In this document: in pieces, positions 37,697-46,182 of the stretch
Position numbering within the stretch: the stretch's first letter is position 1
Layout of the letters: each line of letters begins with the position of its first letter
Source of the DNA: an uncultured Actinomycetes bacterium
GTDB lineage: Bacteria; Chloroflexota; Dormibacteria; Aeolococcales; Aeolococcaceae
Direction: 5' to 3'
Assembly (NCBI GenBank): GCA_964508345.1
Contig: CAZDTK010000001.1
Coordinates: 236,012 to 300,011 of the forward strand
Length of the DNA: 64,000 bases
Made by a program: the position numbers and the translations under genes
The notes under the pieces: generated by a model
What the model was told of the DNA's origin: nothing
The model's database searches: none
The model's input: the letters and a program-made list of their open reading frames with translations, nothing else

Positions 37697-39325
37697 ATGG
37701 CGACAGAGGCCCGGCCGGGTAGCCGGCTGTTCGTTCGCAACAGCACGGGGTTGGTGCGCTCCGCCTCGGCGCTCGACGCGACCATCTTCAACGCGGTCAT
37801 CTCGGCACCCATCGGGTCCACCCTGGCCTGGTCGATCTTCTTCACCCTGGTCGCCTTCCCGGGGGCTGACCCGATCGGCGTGCTGCTCATCACCCTGATC
37901 ATCAACATCCCGGTGTTGATCATGTTCGCCCTGCTGGGAGCGAGCATGCCCAGGGTCGGAGGTGACTACGTCTGGGTGAGCCGCGTTCTCACCCCACCGT
38001 TGGCCCTGATCTCCAACCTCTGCATGATCATGGGCGGGCTGCTGGGAGCCGCCTACTTCGCGAAGTTCTTCGCGGTCTTTGCGGCGGGGCCGGCGCTGGT
38101 GGCGTTCGGCACCCTGTTCACCAACAGCACCCTGATCAGCTGGGGCTCCTCCTTCGAGACCAACACCAGCTGGATCCTGGGTGCGTCGCTCTTCATGGTC
38201 GTGCTGGTGACCGCCATCCTCATCCGGGGGACGAAGGCGACCTTCCGCGCGCAGAACTGGGCCTTCCTGATCGGCATGATCGGGATGGTGGTGGCCTTCA
38301 TCTGCCTGGGCGTGGTCAGCCAGCACACCTTCTTCTCCAACTTCGACACCCTGAACAAGAGCTTCGGCGGCGGGACCGTCCAGCAGGTGATCGCGGCCGC
38401 GGGCGCTCAGCACGCGGCTCCCAACCTGGGCAACCTGAACGCCACCCTGCCCGCGCTCTTCTCGGTCGAAGGTTTCATGATGTGGAACTTCTGGTCGGTG
38501 TACATGTCGGGGGAGCTGAAGAGCGCCTCCAACCGCACCCGCCAGCTGACCGTCATGTTCGGCGCGCTGGTCTTCGACGTCGTGCTCCTCATCCTGGGCG
38601 CCTTCGTCCTCTTCCACACCGCCGGCTACAACTTCGTCTACGCGCTCAACGCCGCCCCCCACAACTACGCGATCCCCTCGGGGCCCTTCTACTCCTTCCT
38701 GGCGGCGCTGGCCTTCAACACCCCGGTGCTCACGATCATCATCCTGGGCTGCTTCCTCTTCTGGAGCCTGCCGTCGATGATCGCCAACACCTTCATGCCC
38801 ATCCGGTCGTTCTTCGCCTGGTCGTTCGACCGGCTGATGCCGGAGGGGCTGGCCACGGTCAACGAGCGCACCCACTCCCCGATCAACGCGATCCTGGTGG
38901 CCAACGCGATCATCGCGGCGCTCACCATCTGGAGCGTGTACTCCAACGTCTTCCAGCTCGTGCTGGGACTTATCGTCCTGGCCGGCTGCCTGGCGGTGGT
39001 GATCGTCGCCGTGGCGGCGATCGCGCTGCCGTTCCGGCGTCCCGAGCTGTACAAGGCCTCCCCGGCCAACGTGAACTTCCTGGGGATCCCGGTGCTCTGG
39101 ATCGTCGCCCCGCTCTCCATCATCGTCTTCGTGGTGCTGGCGATCGTCTCCACCCACTACCCGGCGCTGGTGATGAACGGGAACTCTGCGGACTGGTGGT
39201 GGATTCCGGCCTGGTTCGGCGGCCTCATCGTCGGTGGGTGCCTGCTCTACTACGTGCCGAAGTTCATCCGCGCCCGGCAGGGCATCAACGTCAGCTTCGT
39301 TTACAAGGAACTGCCGCCCGAGTAG
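37697..39325 (+). CDS. APC-superfamily amino-acid/polyamine/organocation permease
   Basis: 542 aa, ~12 TM helices, GGDYVWVSR motif; RBS GGAGGG; divergent from the DeoR regulator. Confidence 0.85.
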   Translation: MATEARPGSRLFVRNSTGLVRSASALDATIFNAVISAPIGSTLAWSIFFTLVAFPGADPIGVLLITLIINIPVLIMFALLGASMPRVGGDYVWVSRVLTPPLALISNLCMIMGGLLGAAYFAKFFAVFAAGPALVAFGTLFTNSTLISWGSSFETNTSWILGASLFMVVLVTAILIRGTKATFRAQNWAFLIGMIGMVVAFICLGVVSQHTFFSNFDTLNKSFGGGTVQQVIAAAGAQHAAPNLGNLNATLPALFSVEGFMMWNFWSVYMSGELKSASNRTRQLTVMFGALVFDVVLLILGAFVLFHTAGYNFVYALNAAPHNYAIPSGPFYSFLAALAFNTPVLTIIILGCFLFWSLPSMIANTFMPIRSFFAWSFDRLMPEGLATVNERTHSPINAILVANAIIAALTIWSVYSNVFQLVLGLIVLAGCLAVVIVAVAAIALPFRRPELYKASPANVNFLGIPVLWIVAPLSIIVFVVLAIVSTHYPALVMNGNSADWWWIPAWFGGLIVGGCLLYYVPKFIRARQGINVSFVYKELPPE

Positions 39326-39487
39326 GTCGGGGCGGCCCCCACTCCCGGGTCAGGACGGCCGGCTAGCCACCGGCCGCCCTGGCCCATCGCGTTACCATCC
39401 AGCCCCGCAGATGTCGGAGAACGGAGACCCGGCCCGCGGTCCTGCTCGCGTTGCAGAGACGCAAGCCCAACCCCCAGCATTGCTCCC

Positions 39488-40294
39488 ATGACCCAGAACG
39501 GAACCCCCACCCCCGGCCCGGATCCGATGCCCGAGAACGGAACCCGCATCCTCCCCGACATCCACGACGAGGCGACGCGCCTCACCACGGCAGTTCTGCA
39601 AGCCGGGCTGCACGCTCGCCTGCTGGGCGGCCTGGCCGTCTGGCTGCGCTGCCCCAGCGTGCGCACCAGCCACTTCGCTCGCAGCTACGCGGACCTGGAC
39701 TTCGCGATCGCCAAGGGCGCCGGCTCAGGGTTCAAGGCGTTCCTCGTCGCCGAGGGCTACGTCGGCGACCAGTTCTTCAACGGCCTCCACGGTGACACCC
39801 GCCTCTACTACCAGGCCCCCGACAGCCGCTGGTCGATCGACGTCGTCATCGACGAGCTGGTGATGTCACACAAGCTCGACCTCCGCGGCCGCCTCGACGG
39901 CCCGGCCCCCACCATCAGCCTCGCCGACCTGCTGCTCAGCAAGCTGCAGGTCTGGGAGATCAACCGCAAGGACCTGGGCGACGCGCTCTGCCTGCTCGCC
40001 GACCACGGCATCAGCGAGGACGACCGCGACGCCGACTCGGTGAGCCTGCCCCGCCTGCGCAAGGTGCTGGCGACAGACTGGGGCTTCTGCCACACCACCG
40101 AGCGCAACCTGGAGAGGCTGGACGACCTGTGGGGGGAGGAGCCGCTCCCGGCGGCGCCCTTCAACGTCGGCGCCCAGATCGCCACGCTTCGCGCTGCCAT
40201 CGAGGCGGCCCCCAAGACCGTGGCCTGGAAGATGCGCAGCCGGGTCGGCGAGCGCGTCCGCTGGTACGAGACCCCCGAGGAGGTCGGTCACTGA
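39488..40294 (+). CDS. hypothetical protein with a nucleotidyltransferase-like GG...DLD motif (AbiEii/MNT-like?)
   Basis: LLGGLAVWLRC...SYADLDFAI matches the G[GS]-x(n)-D-x-D NTase signature; no partner antitoxin seen; assignment tentative. Confidence 0.4.
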   Translation: MTQNGTPTPGPDPMPENGTRILPDIHDEATRLTTAVLQAGLHARLLGGLAVWLRCPSVRTSHFARSYADLDFAIAKGAGSGFKAFLVAEGYVGDQFFNGLHGDTRLYYQAPDSRWSIDVVIDELVMSHKLDLRGRLDGPAPTISLADLLLSKLQVWEINRKDLGDALCLLADHGISEDDRDADSVSLPRLRKVLATDWGFCHTTERNLERLDDLWGEEPLPAAPFNVGAQIATLRAAIEAAPKTVAWKMRSRVGERVRWYETPEEVGH

Positions 40295-40362
40295 CCGGCT
40301 GAAGGCGGCGCGCTCTCCGGCGTGTGGGTCGGGGATGGCCCCGCCCCTGATACCACCAAGTG

Positions 40363-40375
40363 TTGTAGTATACAA
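40363..40375. promoter_or_regulatory. inverted repeat TTGTA-N3-TACAA abutting the antitoxin start codon (putative autoregulatory operator)
   Basis: ttgtaGTAtacaa at 40363-40375, 2 nt upstream of the ATG at 40378; embedded tagtat resembles a -10 element. Confidence 0.4.
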
Positions 40376-40377
40376 CT

Positions 40378-40623
40378 ATGATTACCGTCCCCGAGGCCGC
40401 CCGCCGGAGCGGTCGTAACCCTGAGACGATCCGGCGATGGATTCGCAGTGGACGTCTGCGGTCCGAGAAGATCGGAACCCAGCATCTGGTCGACGAGGCC
40501 TCCGTGGACGCGCTCGCGGCCCCGGATGCCATCGAGCTGCCGGACGCGTGGCGCCGGGCCGACGGGGGGCGCGCGATGCCCGCTTGGGAGCAGTTGGTGC
40601 GCGACGGGCGCGACGCGCACTGA
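40378..40623 (+). CDS. HTH (excisionase/MerR-like) DNA-binding antitoxin
   Basis: 81 aa; MITVPEAARRSGRNPETIRRWIRSGRL HTH; immediately upstream of a PIN gene. Confidence 0.65.
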   Translation: MITVPEAARRSGRNPETIRRWIRSGRLRSEKIGTQHLVDEASVDALAAPDAIELPDAWRRADGGRAMPAWEQLVRDGRDAH

Positions 40624-40631
40624 CGATACGA

Positions 40632-41042
40632 ATGCGTCTCGTCCTGGATTCTTCCGCCGCGCTGCGAGCGAGCATGTCCGAGGAAGCGCGCGCGCAGATC
40701 GTGGACCATGAGCTCCTGGCTCCGCCTCTGATGTGGTCGGAGACTTGCTCCGCGGTGCACGAGGCGGTGTGGCGCCGCGAGATCGACGACGCCGAAGCTG
40801 AGGCCGTCCTCCGCGCCCTGGGGGAGCTCGGCATTCGGCGCCGCAATCCCGCCCGGCTCCACGCCGAGGCCTACCGGCTCGCCACCGAGCTCGGTTGGGC
40901 CAAGACCTACGACGCGGAGTTCCTGGCCCTCGCACGGCTCGAGGATGCCCAGGTTCTCACCGCCGACGGCCGGCTGCGCCACGGCGCAGATCGCACCGGT
41001 CTGGTTCTCGACCCCTCCGAGCTGCCCACCTCCCGCGGCTGA
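40632..41042 (+). CDS. PIN-domain ribonuclease toxin (VapC-like)
   Basis: ATG 40632, 9 nt after the antitoxin stop; LVLDSS (first acidic residue), TYDAEFLALA, VLTAD motifs. Confidence 0.75.
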   Translation: MRLVLDSSAALRASMSEEARAQIVDHELLAPPLMWSETCSAVHEAVWRREIDDAEAEAVLRALGELGIRRRNPARLHAEAYRLATELGWAKTYDAEFLALARLEDAQVLTADGRLRHGADRTGLVLDPSELPTSRG

Positions 41043-41072
41043 GCTCGCCGCCGGCCGCCATTGGCGCCGACA

Positions 41073-41678
41073 TCAGCCGAAGAGCCGGTCGATCAGGTCG
41101 CGGGTGAGCGCGAGATAGGCATCGCGATCGGGGCTGCCCCCGTGCATGGCGGGGAGCATGGCCGCGTGGGCTCCGGCGACAAGCACCCTCGCCAGGAACT
41201 GGGGATCCCCGGACCGGAGCTCCCCTGCGGCCATGGCGGTCTCCAGGTACCTCGCGACGATGCCGACGACCGGCTCCAGCTGCTCGCTCTCCGAGGCGCC
41301 GGTATCGTGGAAGAGCAGGTGGTGGAGCTCGCGGTTCTCGACCGCGAAGTCGAACATCGAGGCGGCGAAGCGCTCCAGCCTGACGGCGGCGGGCTCCCCG
41401 GCGGGCGGGTTGGCCTCCAGCAGGCCCCCGGCGTGCCGGACTATGCCGTCGCCATACTGGCGCCGGACGGCGGCGACCAGGTCCGCCCTGGAGCTGAAGT
41501 ACAGGTACGGGGTGCCTTTGGCGACGCCGGCGGCGGCCGCGACCTCGTCCATGGTCGTCCGTTCGAGGCCGCCGCGCAGGAGCGCCCGCCGGGCGCCGGC
41601 GAGGATGGCCTCCCGCCGCGCCTCGGGGTCGAGACGCACCCGGCGGGCGGGTCCCCTGCGTCGGGCTTCTGCTGGCAT
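41073..41678 (-). CDS. TetR/AcrR-family transcriptional regulator
   Basis: N-terminal HTH EAILAGARRALLRGGLERTTMDEVAAAAGVAKGTPYLYFSSRADL. Confidence 0.85.
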   Translation of the reverse strand: MPAEARRRGPARRVRLDPEARREAILAGARRALLRGGLERTTMDEVAAAAGVAKGTPYLYFSSRADLVAAVRRQYGDGIVRHAGGLLEANPPAGEPAAVRLERFAASMFDFAVENRELHHLLFHDTGASESEQLEPVVGIVARYLETAMAAGELRSGDPQFLARVLVAGAHAAMLPAMHGGSPDRDAYLALTRDLIDRLFG

Positions 41679-41680
41679 CT

Positions 41681-41695
41681 GACTGACGGTCAGTC
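41681..41695. promoter_or_regulatory. 15-bp palindromic operator GACTGACgGTCAGTC (copy 1), 2 nt from the tetR start codon
   Basis: Perfect odd-length palindrome read directly from the sequence. Confidence 0.55.
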
Positions 41696-41725
41696 TAGCT
41701 GAGATTCGCCAGGCGGGCTGAGGGG

Positions 41726-41772
41726 TTGACCTCCGCGCCCAAGGCGCGATACTCTATGACTGACCGTCAGTC
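41726..41772 (+). promoter_or_regulatory. putative promoter (TTGACC-17nt-ATACTC) with operator copy 2 (GACTGACcGTCAGTC, 41758-41772) overlapping the -10/+1 of the methyltransferase gene
   Basis: -35-like TTGACC at 41726-41731; -10-like at ~41749-41754; the second palindrome is the exact reverse complement of copy 1. Confidence 0.45.
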
Positions 41773-41802
41773 ACTAGTGTACCGATGGAGGTTCGGAAGA
41801 CC

Positions 41803-42459
41803 ATGGGCGAGCGAATGGGCCGGCTCTTCTACTGGCTGAGCTACCTGCACGGGAAGCCGAACTGGGACACGGGCGTCCCCCCCGAGACCGTCCTGGAGGC
41901 CGTCCGCGACCTGCCGCCGGGGCGCTTCCTGGATCTCGGCTGCGGCACCGGGGCCACGTCGGTCCACCTCGCCGGCCTCGGCTGGGAGGTCGTCGGCATC
42001 GACTACGTGCCCTCCGCCATCGAGAGGGCGCGGCGGCGCGCCGGGCAGGCCGGGGTCAGCGCCGACTTCCGCGTCGGCGACGTCACGCGGCTGGACAGCC
42101 AGCTCGACGGCCGCCCCTTCGACCTCATCCTCGACCTCGGTTGCTACCACGGGCTCTCGGAGGCGGGGCGGTGCCGGTATGCCGCCGCGGTCGCGGAGGC
42201 CGCCGCCCCGGGGGCGACCTACCTCCTCTTCGGCTTCACCGCCGTGCCCTCCAGCTGGCGCCTGATCGGCGCCAACGGCGCGGGCACCTCCGACGTCGAG
42301 ACCCGATTCGCCCCCTGGTTCACGGTCGAGACGACGGCGGCGAGCGGCCACGGCAAGGGGAGCACCTCGTGGCGGCGCCTCCGGCGCCGGGGCGAGGTCA
42401 GGGAGTCGGAGCCGCCATCCGCCGAACCGGTGGCCTCGGGTGCTCGGGCGACGGCATGA
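41803..42459 (+). CDS. class I SAM-dependent methyltransferase
   Basis: Motif I LDLGCGTGATS; start taken at the second ATG (41803), which has a GGAGG RBS; the ORF also opens at 41785. Confidence 0.75.
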   Translation: MGERMGRLFYWLSYLHGKPNWDTGVPPETVLEAVRDLPPGRFLDLGCGTGATSVHLAGLGWEVVGIDYVPSAIERARRRAGQAGVSADFRVGDVTRLDSQLDGRPFDLILDLGCYHGLSEAGRCRYAAAVAEAAAPGATYLLFGFTAVPSSWRLIGANGAGTSDVETRFAPWFTVETTAASGHGKGSTSWRRLRRRGEVRESEPPSAEPVASGARATA

Positions 42460-42922
42460 CGTTCTCCCCGTGGATCGCCGCCAGCAGGAGCTGGATGTCC
42501 GACCCCTTGGGGACGAATGCGTCGATGCCCGAGGCCGCGATGGAGCGGGTCACCAGGGCGTCCTCGACCGCCGAGTAGGCGACCAGCCGCATCTCGGGGC
42601 AGATCTCGCGCAGGCCGCGCGCCGCGGCCCAGCCACCGCCATCCGGCATGCGGACGTCGATCACCGCCACCTGGGGCTGCAGCTTTCTGGCCAGCTGGAT
42701 GGCGTCGGGAACCCGGCTGGCGGTGCCGACCACCGCCAGGCTGTCGTCGGACTCGATGAGGGAGCGGACCGCCTCGAGCATCACCCAGTGATCGTCGAGG
42801 AGGAGCACGGTGGTGACCTCGGGGATCTCCCCGGAGGCCTTTCCCACCTTCGCTAAGCCAGAATCGTTGGTCACTGCTGGGGGCTCCTCCTTGACTGCCG
42901 GCGCCCGGATTATGACCCCCAT
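42398..42922 (-). CDS. stand-alone response-regulator receiver (REC) domain protein
   Basis: ATG at complement 42920-42922; VLLLDDH ... AVIDVRMPDGGG ... receiver motifs; the rest of the 649-aa six-frame ORF is antisense to the LLM gene and rejected; convergent 62-nt overlap with the methyltransferase 3' end. Confidence 0.6.
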   Translation of the reverse strand: MGVIIRAPAVKEEPPAVTNDSGLAKVGKASGEIPEVTTVLLLDDHWVMLEAVRSLIESDDSLAVVGTASRVPDAIQLARKLQPQVAVIDVRMPDGGGWAAARGLREICPEMRLVAYSAVEDALVTRSIAASGIDAFVPKGSDIQLLLAAIHGENVMPSPEHPRPPVRRMAAPTP

Positions 42923-43039
42923 CCGGACACATCGACCACAGTCGCATGTGCTTCGCGACAATGGGTCACGCGCACTTTCGAACGCCTCCCGCCCGGCGCG
43001 GTGCGCGACGATGCAACGCGGGAGTAGCTTCGACGGCGC

Positions 43040-44080
43040 ATGAATCTCGGGCTGCTGCTGGGCTTCTGGGGCGAGAACGGTCCACCGCCCCGGCTTCTGG
43101 AGACCGTGCTCGAGGCCGAATCCCTCGGCTACACCTCGGTGTGGACCTCCGAGGCCTCGGGGTCGGACGGCCTCACGCCGCTCGCCTGGGTCGGGGCCCA
43201 CACCGTCACGACGCGGTTGGGGACCTGCATCCTGCACATGGCCGCGCGGGCACCGGCGGCGACCGCGATGGCGGCGCTCAGCCTCGACCACCTCTCGGGC
43301 GGCCGCTTCGTCCTGGGGCTCGGGGTCTCGGGGCCGGAGCTGGTCGAGGGCTGGTACGGCCAGCCCTTCGACCCTCCGCTCGCGCGCACGCGCGAGTACG
43401 TCGAGATCGTCCGCCGGGTGCTGGCCCGCGAGGAGCCCCTGGAGTACCGGGGTCAGCACTACGTCCTCCCGTTTCCCGGTGGCTCCGGGCTGGGGAGGCC
43501 CTTCCGCTCCATGGTCCGGCCGCTGCGTCCCGACCTCCCCATCCTGCTGGCGGCCGAGGGACCGCGCAACGTCGCCCTGGCCCGCGAGATCGCCGACGGC
43601 TGGATCGCCACCTACTACTCCCCCCACCACGACGCTCACCACCGGGCGGCGCTGGCCGAGGGCGCCGCCCGCCCCGGGGCTCGCTCGGATGACGGGAGCT
43701 TCGAGGTGGTCGCCACCGTGCCCGTCATCCTCGACGACGACGTCGAGGCCGCCGCCGATCAGCTGCGCGGGCTCTTCGCGCGCTTCATCGGGGGGATGGG
43801 CCCAGTGGGCCGCAACTTCCACTACAACGCGTGGGCGCGCATGGGCTTCGAGGAGGTCGCCACCCGGGTTCGCGACCTCTGGGTGGTGGGGCGGACGGCC
43901 GATGCGGCGGCGGCGATCCCCACGGCGGTGATCGAGCAGCTCGCCCTCGTCGGGCCCCCCGCCAAGATCCGCGAGGAGCTGCCCGCCTGGCGGGCGTCGC
44001 TGCTCACCACGCTGCTGGTGCACCTCCCGCCCGACCCGACCGCGCTGCGTCAGGTCGCGGAGATCGTCCTCGGGAGCTGA
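43040..44080 (+). CDS. LLM-class F420-dependent oxidoreductase (luciferase-like monooxygenase family)
   Basis: 346 aa; LGYTSVWTSE, GGRFVLGLGVSGPE patterns of the F420-dependent LLM family. Confidence 0.8.
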   Translation: MNLGLLLGFWGENGPPPRLLETVLEAESLGYTSVWTSEASGSDGLTPLAWVGAHTVTTRLGTCILHMAARAPAATAMAALSLDHLSGGRFVLGLGVSGPELVEGWYGQPFDPPLARTREYVEIVRRVLAREEPLEYRGQHYVLPFPGGSGLGRPFRSMVRPLRPDLPILLAAEGPRNVALAREIADGWIATYYSPHHDAHHRAALAEGAARPGARSDDGSFEVVATVPVILDDDVEAAADQLRGLFARFIGGMGPVGRNFHYNAWARMGFEEVATRVRDLWVVGRTADAAAAIPTAVIEQLALVGPPAKIREELPAWRASLLTTLLVHLPPDPTALRQVAEIVLGS

Positions 44081-44165
44081 TGGATCGGGCGAGACCCCGC
44101 GGCCCCGAGGATGATGGGCATCCTGCCGCCACGTGGCGGAGGGTGCGATCTCAGGGGAGGGTTCC

Positions 44166-44507
44166 ATGGACGGCGTGATCACGGTCGCCCTCGGCGGGGC
44201 GGGCTCCTCCCGGGAGTTCCTTGATGGGAGCCGGCGCTGGACGGCCCAGCTCCCGTCGCTGCGCATCGGTCGCGGCGTGTACCGGCCGGGGTGGCGATGG
44301 TCGCTGCACGCCGGCCCCCAGACCGGCGTGCCCTCGGAGGCCCACACCGGGTACGTGGAGGCGGGTCAGATGGCGGTGCGCGGCGCCGACGGGCGGGAGG
44401 TCACGGTCGGTCCCGGGGAGGCGTTCTCGGCCGGCCCCGGCCACGACGCCTGGGTGATCGGCGACGAGCCCTGCGTCGCGCTCGACTTCGAGGTGGTCAT
44501 GCGCTGA
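44166..44507 (+). CDS. cupin-domain protein
   Basis: ATG 44166 with a GGAGG RBS; small beta-rich protein (GYVEAGQMAVRGADGREVTVGPGEAF). Confidence 0.5.
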   Translation: MDGVITVALGGAGSSREFLDGSRRWTAQLPSLRIGRGVYRPGWRWSLHAGPQTGVPSEAHTGYVEAGQMAVRGADGREVTVGPGEAFSAGPGHDAWVIGDEPCVALDFEVVMR

Positions 44508-44660
44508 GCCGGGCCCCTCTCGCCGCCCGGGGCCGTGGGCCCCACCCCCCGGTGCTGGAGAGCACGTCCGCAACCCGACCACCGTCCCTGGCAGGCGCTC
44601 CCCCGATGGTCCATCGTCAACACCGAGGATGGGCCCTTCCGTGGGTGTGAGGTGACAGTG

Positions 44661-45617
44661 ATGAGCAACAACGCAGCCGGGCAGCGCGGGCGGGACGGCG
44701 TGGCCCTCATCGTGGTGCTCGCCGATCTGGCGGTCTATGCGGCGCTGCTCCACAACGGCAGCGTCGGCTTCATCAAGGACCCGCGCGCGATGGCCTCCAT
44801 CGTGCTGATCAGCACCGTCTTCCTCTGTCCGATGTCCGCGAACTACGGCCGGCCGGGTCTCTGGACCGGGTTCATCGGCATGCTCGGCGCCGCCACCCTG
44901 GCCTTGGGCATCGCCACCCTGGTCACCGATGGCTGGGGGGTGCTGGCGGCGCTGATGATCGGGACGGCGCTCATGTGGCTGCTCTCCGCGATCCACCACA
45001 TGGTGGTGTCGGCGACCGCCACCGCTCGGGCGGCGGCGTCCGCCGCCGCCGCGGGACCCGGCGAGCGGGGGAGTGCGGATGTGCTGGTCGCCTACGCCAG
45101 CCGGCACGGCTTCACCCAGGGGATCGCCGACCGGCTCGCCGCGACGCTGCGGGCCTCGGGGCGGACCGTGGACGAGCGCCCGCTGGCCTCGGTCCACGAC
45201 CTCTCCGGCTACGACGCCTGCGTCATCGGCAGCGCTGCCTACATGGGCCAGTGGCTCCCGCCTGCGACTGAATTCGTCAAGCTCCACAGGGACGCGCTCT
45301 CCGCCCGCCCCCTCTGGCTGTTCAGCAGCGGTCCGCTGGGCACGGCGAAGACGGACGCCAAGGGTCGCGATGTCCTGAAGGCCGCCGAGCCGCGGCAGTT
45401 CGCCGAGTTCCGGGATCTGGTCAAGCCGCGCGACCTGCGCGTCTTCTTCGGCGGGCTGGACCCCAGCCGGCTGAGGGGTGGCGAGCGGATGCTCCGCGCC
45501 ACGCCGGCCGGGCGCCCGCTGCTGCCGGAGGGCGACTTCCGGGACTGGCCGGCGATCGACGCCTGGGGCGAGGAGATCGCCCGCGAACTGTCTGCCGGCC
45601 CCGCCCACCAGAACTGA
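44661..45617 (+). CDS. membrane-anchored flavodoxin-like protein
   Basis: ATG 44661 (RBS gaggtg); 3-4 N-terminal TM helices, then a flavodoxin-like fold (VLVAYASRHGFTQGIADRLA ... CVIGSAAYMGQW). Confidence 0.7.
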   Translation: MSNNAAGQRGRDGVALIVVLADLAVYAALLHNGSVGFIKDPRAMASIVLISTVFLCPMSANYGRPGLWTGFIGMLGAATLALGIATLVTDGWGVLAALMIGTALMWLLSAIHHMVVSATATARAAASAAAAGPGERGSADVLVAYASRHGFTQGIADRLAATLRASGRTVDERPLASVHDLSGYDACVIGSAAYMGQWLPPATEFVKLHRDALSARPLWLFSSGPLGTAKTDAKGRDVLKAAEPRQFAEFRDLVKPRDLRVFFGGLDPSRLRGGERMLRATPAGRPLLPEGDFRDWPAIDAWGEEIARELSAGPAHQN

Positions 45618-45893
45618 GGCTCCGCGGCCGGCGCCACCGGGACGCCTCCGGCCCCTAGCATCCGCGTCATCGACGACCTCGTCCCGCAGCATCCGGCGAG
45701 GGCGGATCCCTACCTCGAGATCCGCCGCTACCAGGACGCCGACCGCGACGCCGTCTGGGAGCTGCACAACCTCGCCCTGCACCAGGTCGGGGCGCACGCC
45801 GGCAACGGCGTCTGGGACGACGACCTGCATCACATCCCCGATGTCTACCTGGCCGGCCGTGGGGAGTTCCTGGTCGGCACGCTGGCCGGCCGG

Positions 45894-46181
45894 GTGGTGG
45901 CCATGGGCGCGCTGCGCCCGGGGGAGGGGGAGGTGGCGGAGCTGAAGCGCATGCGGGTCCATCCCGAGCTGCAGCGGCGCGGCTACGGCCGGGCGATCCT
46001 GCGCCGCCTCGAGGAGCGCGCCGCCCAGCTCGGCTACCGGCGCCTGGTGCTCGACACCACCGAACGGCAGGTCGCGGCCCTGCGCCTCTACCGATCCGCG
46101 GGCTTCATCGAGACCGGTCGCGGTGAGGTCCTCGGCTTCCCCTGCCTCTTCTTCGCCAAGGATCTGGTGGAGGACGGCTGA
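45894..46181 (+). CDS. GNAT-family N-acetyltransferase (3' part; N-terminal GNAT motifs lie in-frame upstream with no ATG/GTG/TTG back to the flavodoxin TGA)
   Basis: RMRVHPELQRRGYGRAIL (motif A); the in-frame upstream segment from ~45660 encodes LEIRRYQDADRDAVWELHN...; the frame is continuous with the upstream gene's stop codon at 45615-45617. Confidence 0.6.
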   Translation: MVAMGALRPGEGEVAELKRMRVHPELQRRGYGRAILRRLEERAAQLGYRRLVLDTTERQVAALRLYRSAGFIETGRGEVLGFPCLFFAKDLVEDG

Positions 46182-46182
46182 C

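Noticed and set aside
39326-39390. Hairpin GGCCGG-N7-CCGGCC after the APC permease stop, as an intrinsic terminator
   Set aside because: The stem is present but there is no downstream T/U tract, so this was not called.
42923-44347. Upstream 475 codons of the 649-aa minus-strand ORF 42398..44347
   Set aside because: It is antisense to the LLM oxidoreductase gene. Only the last 174 codons encode a coherent REC domain.
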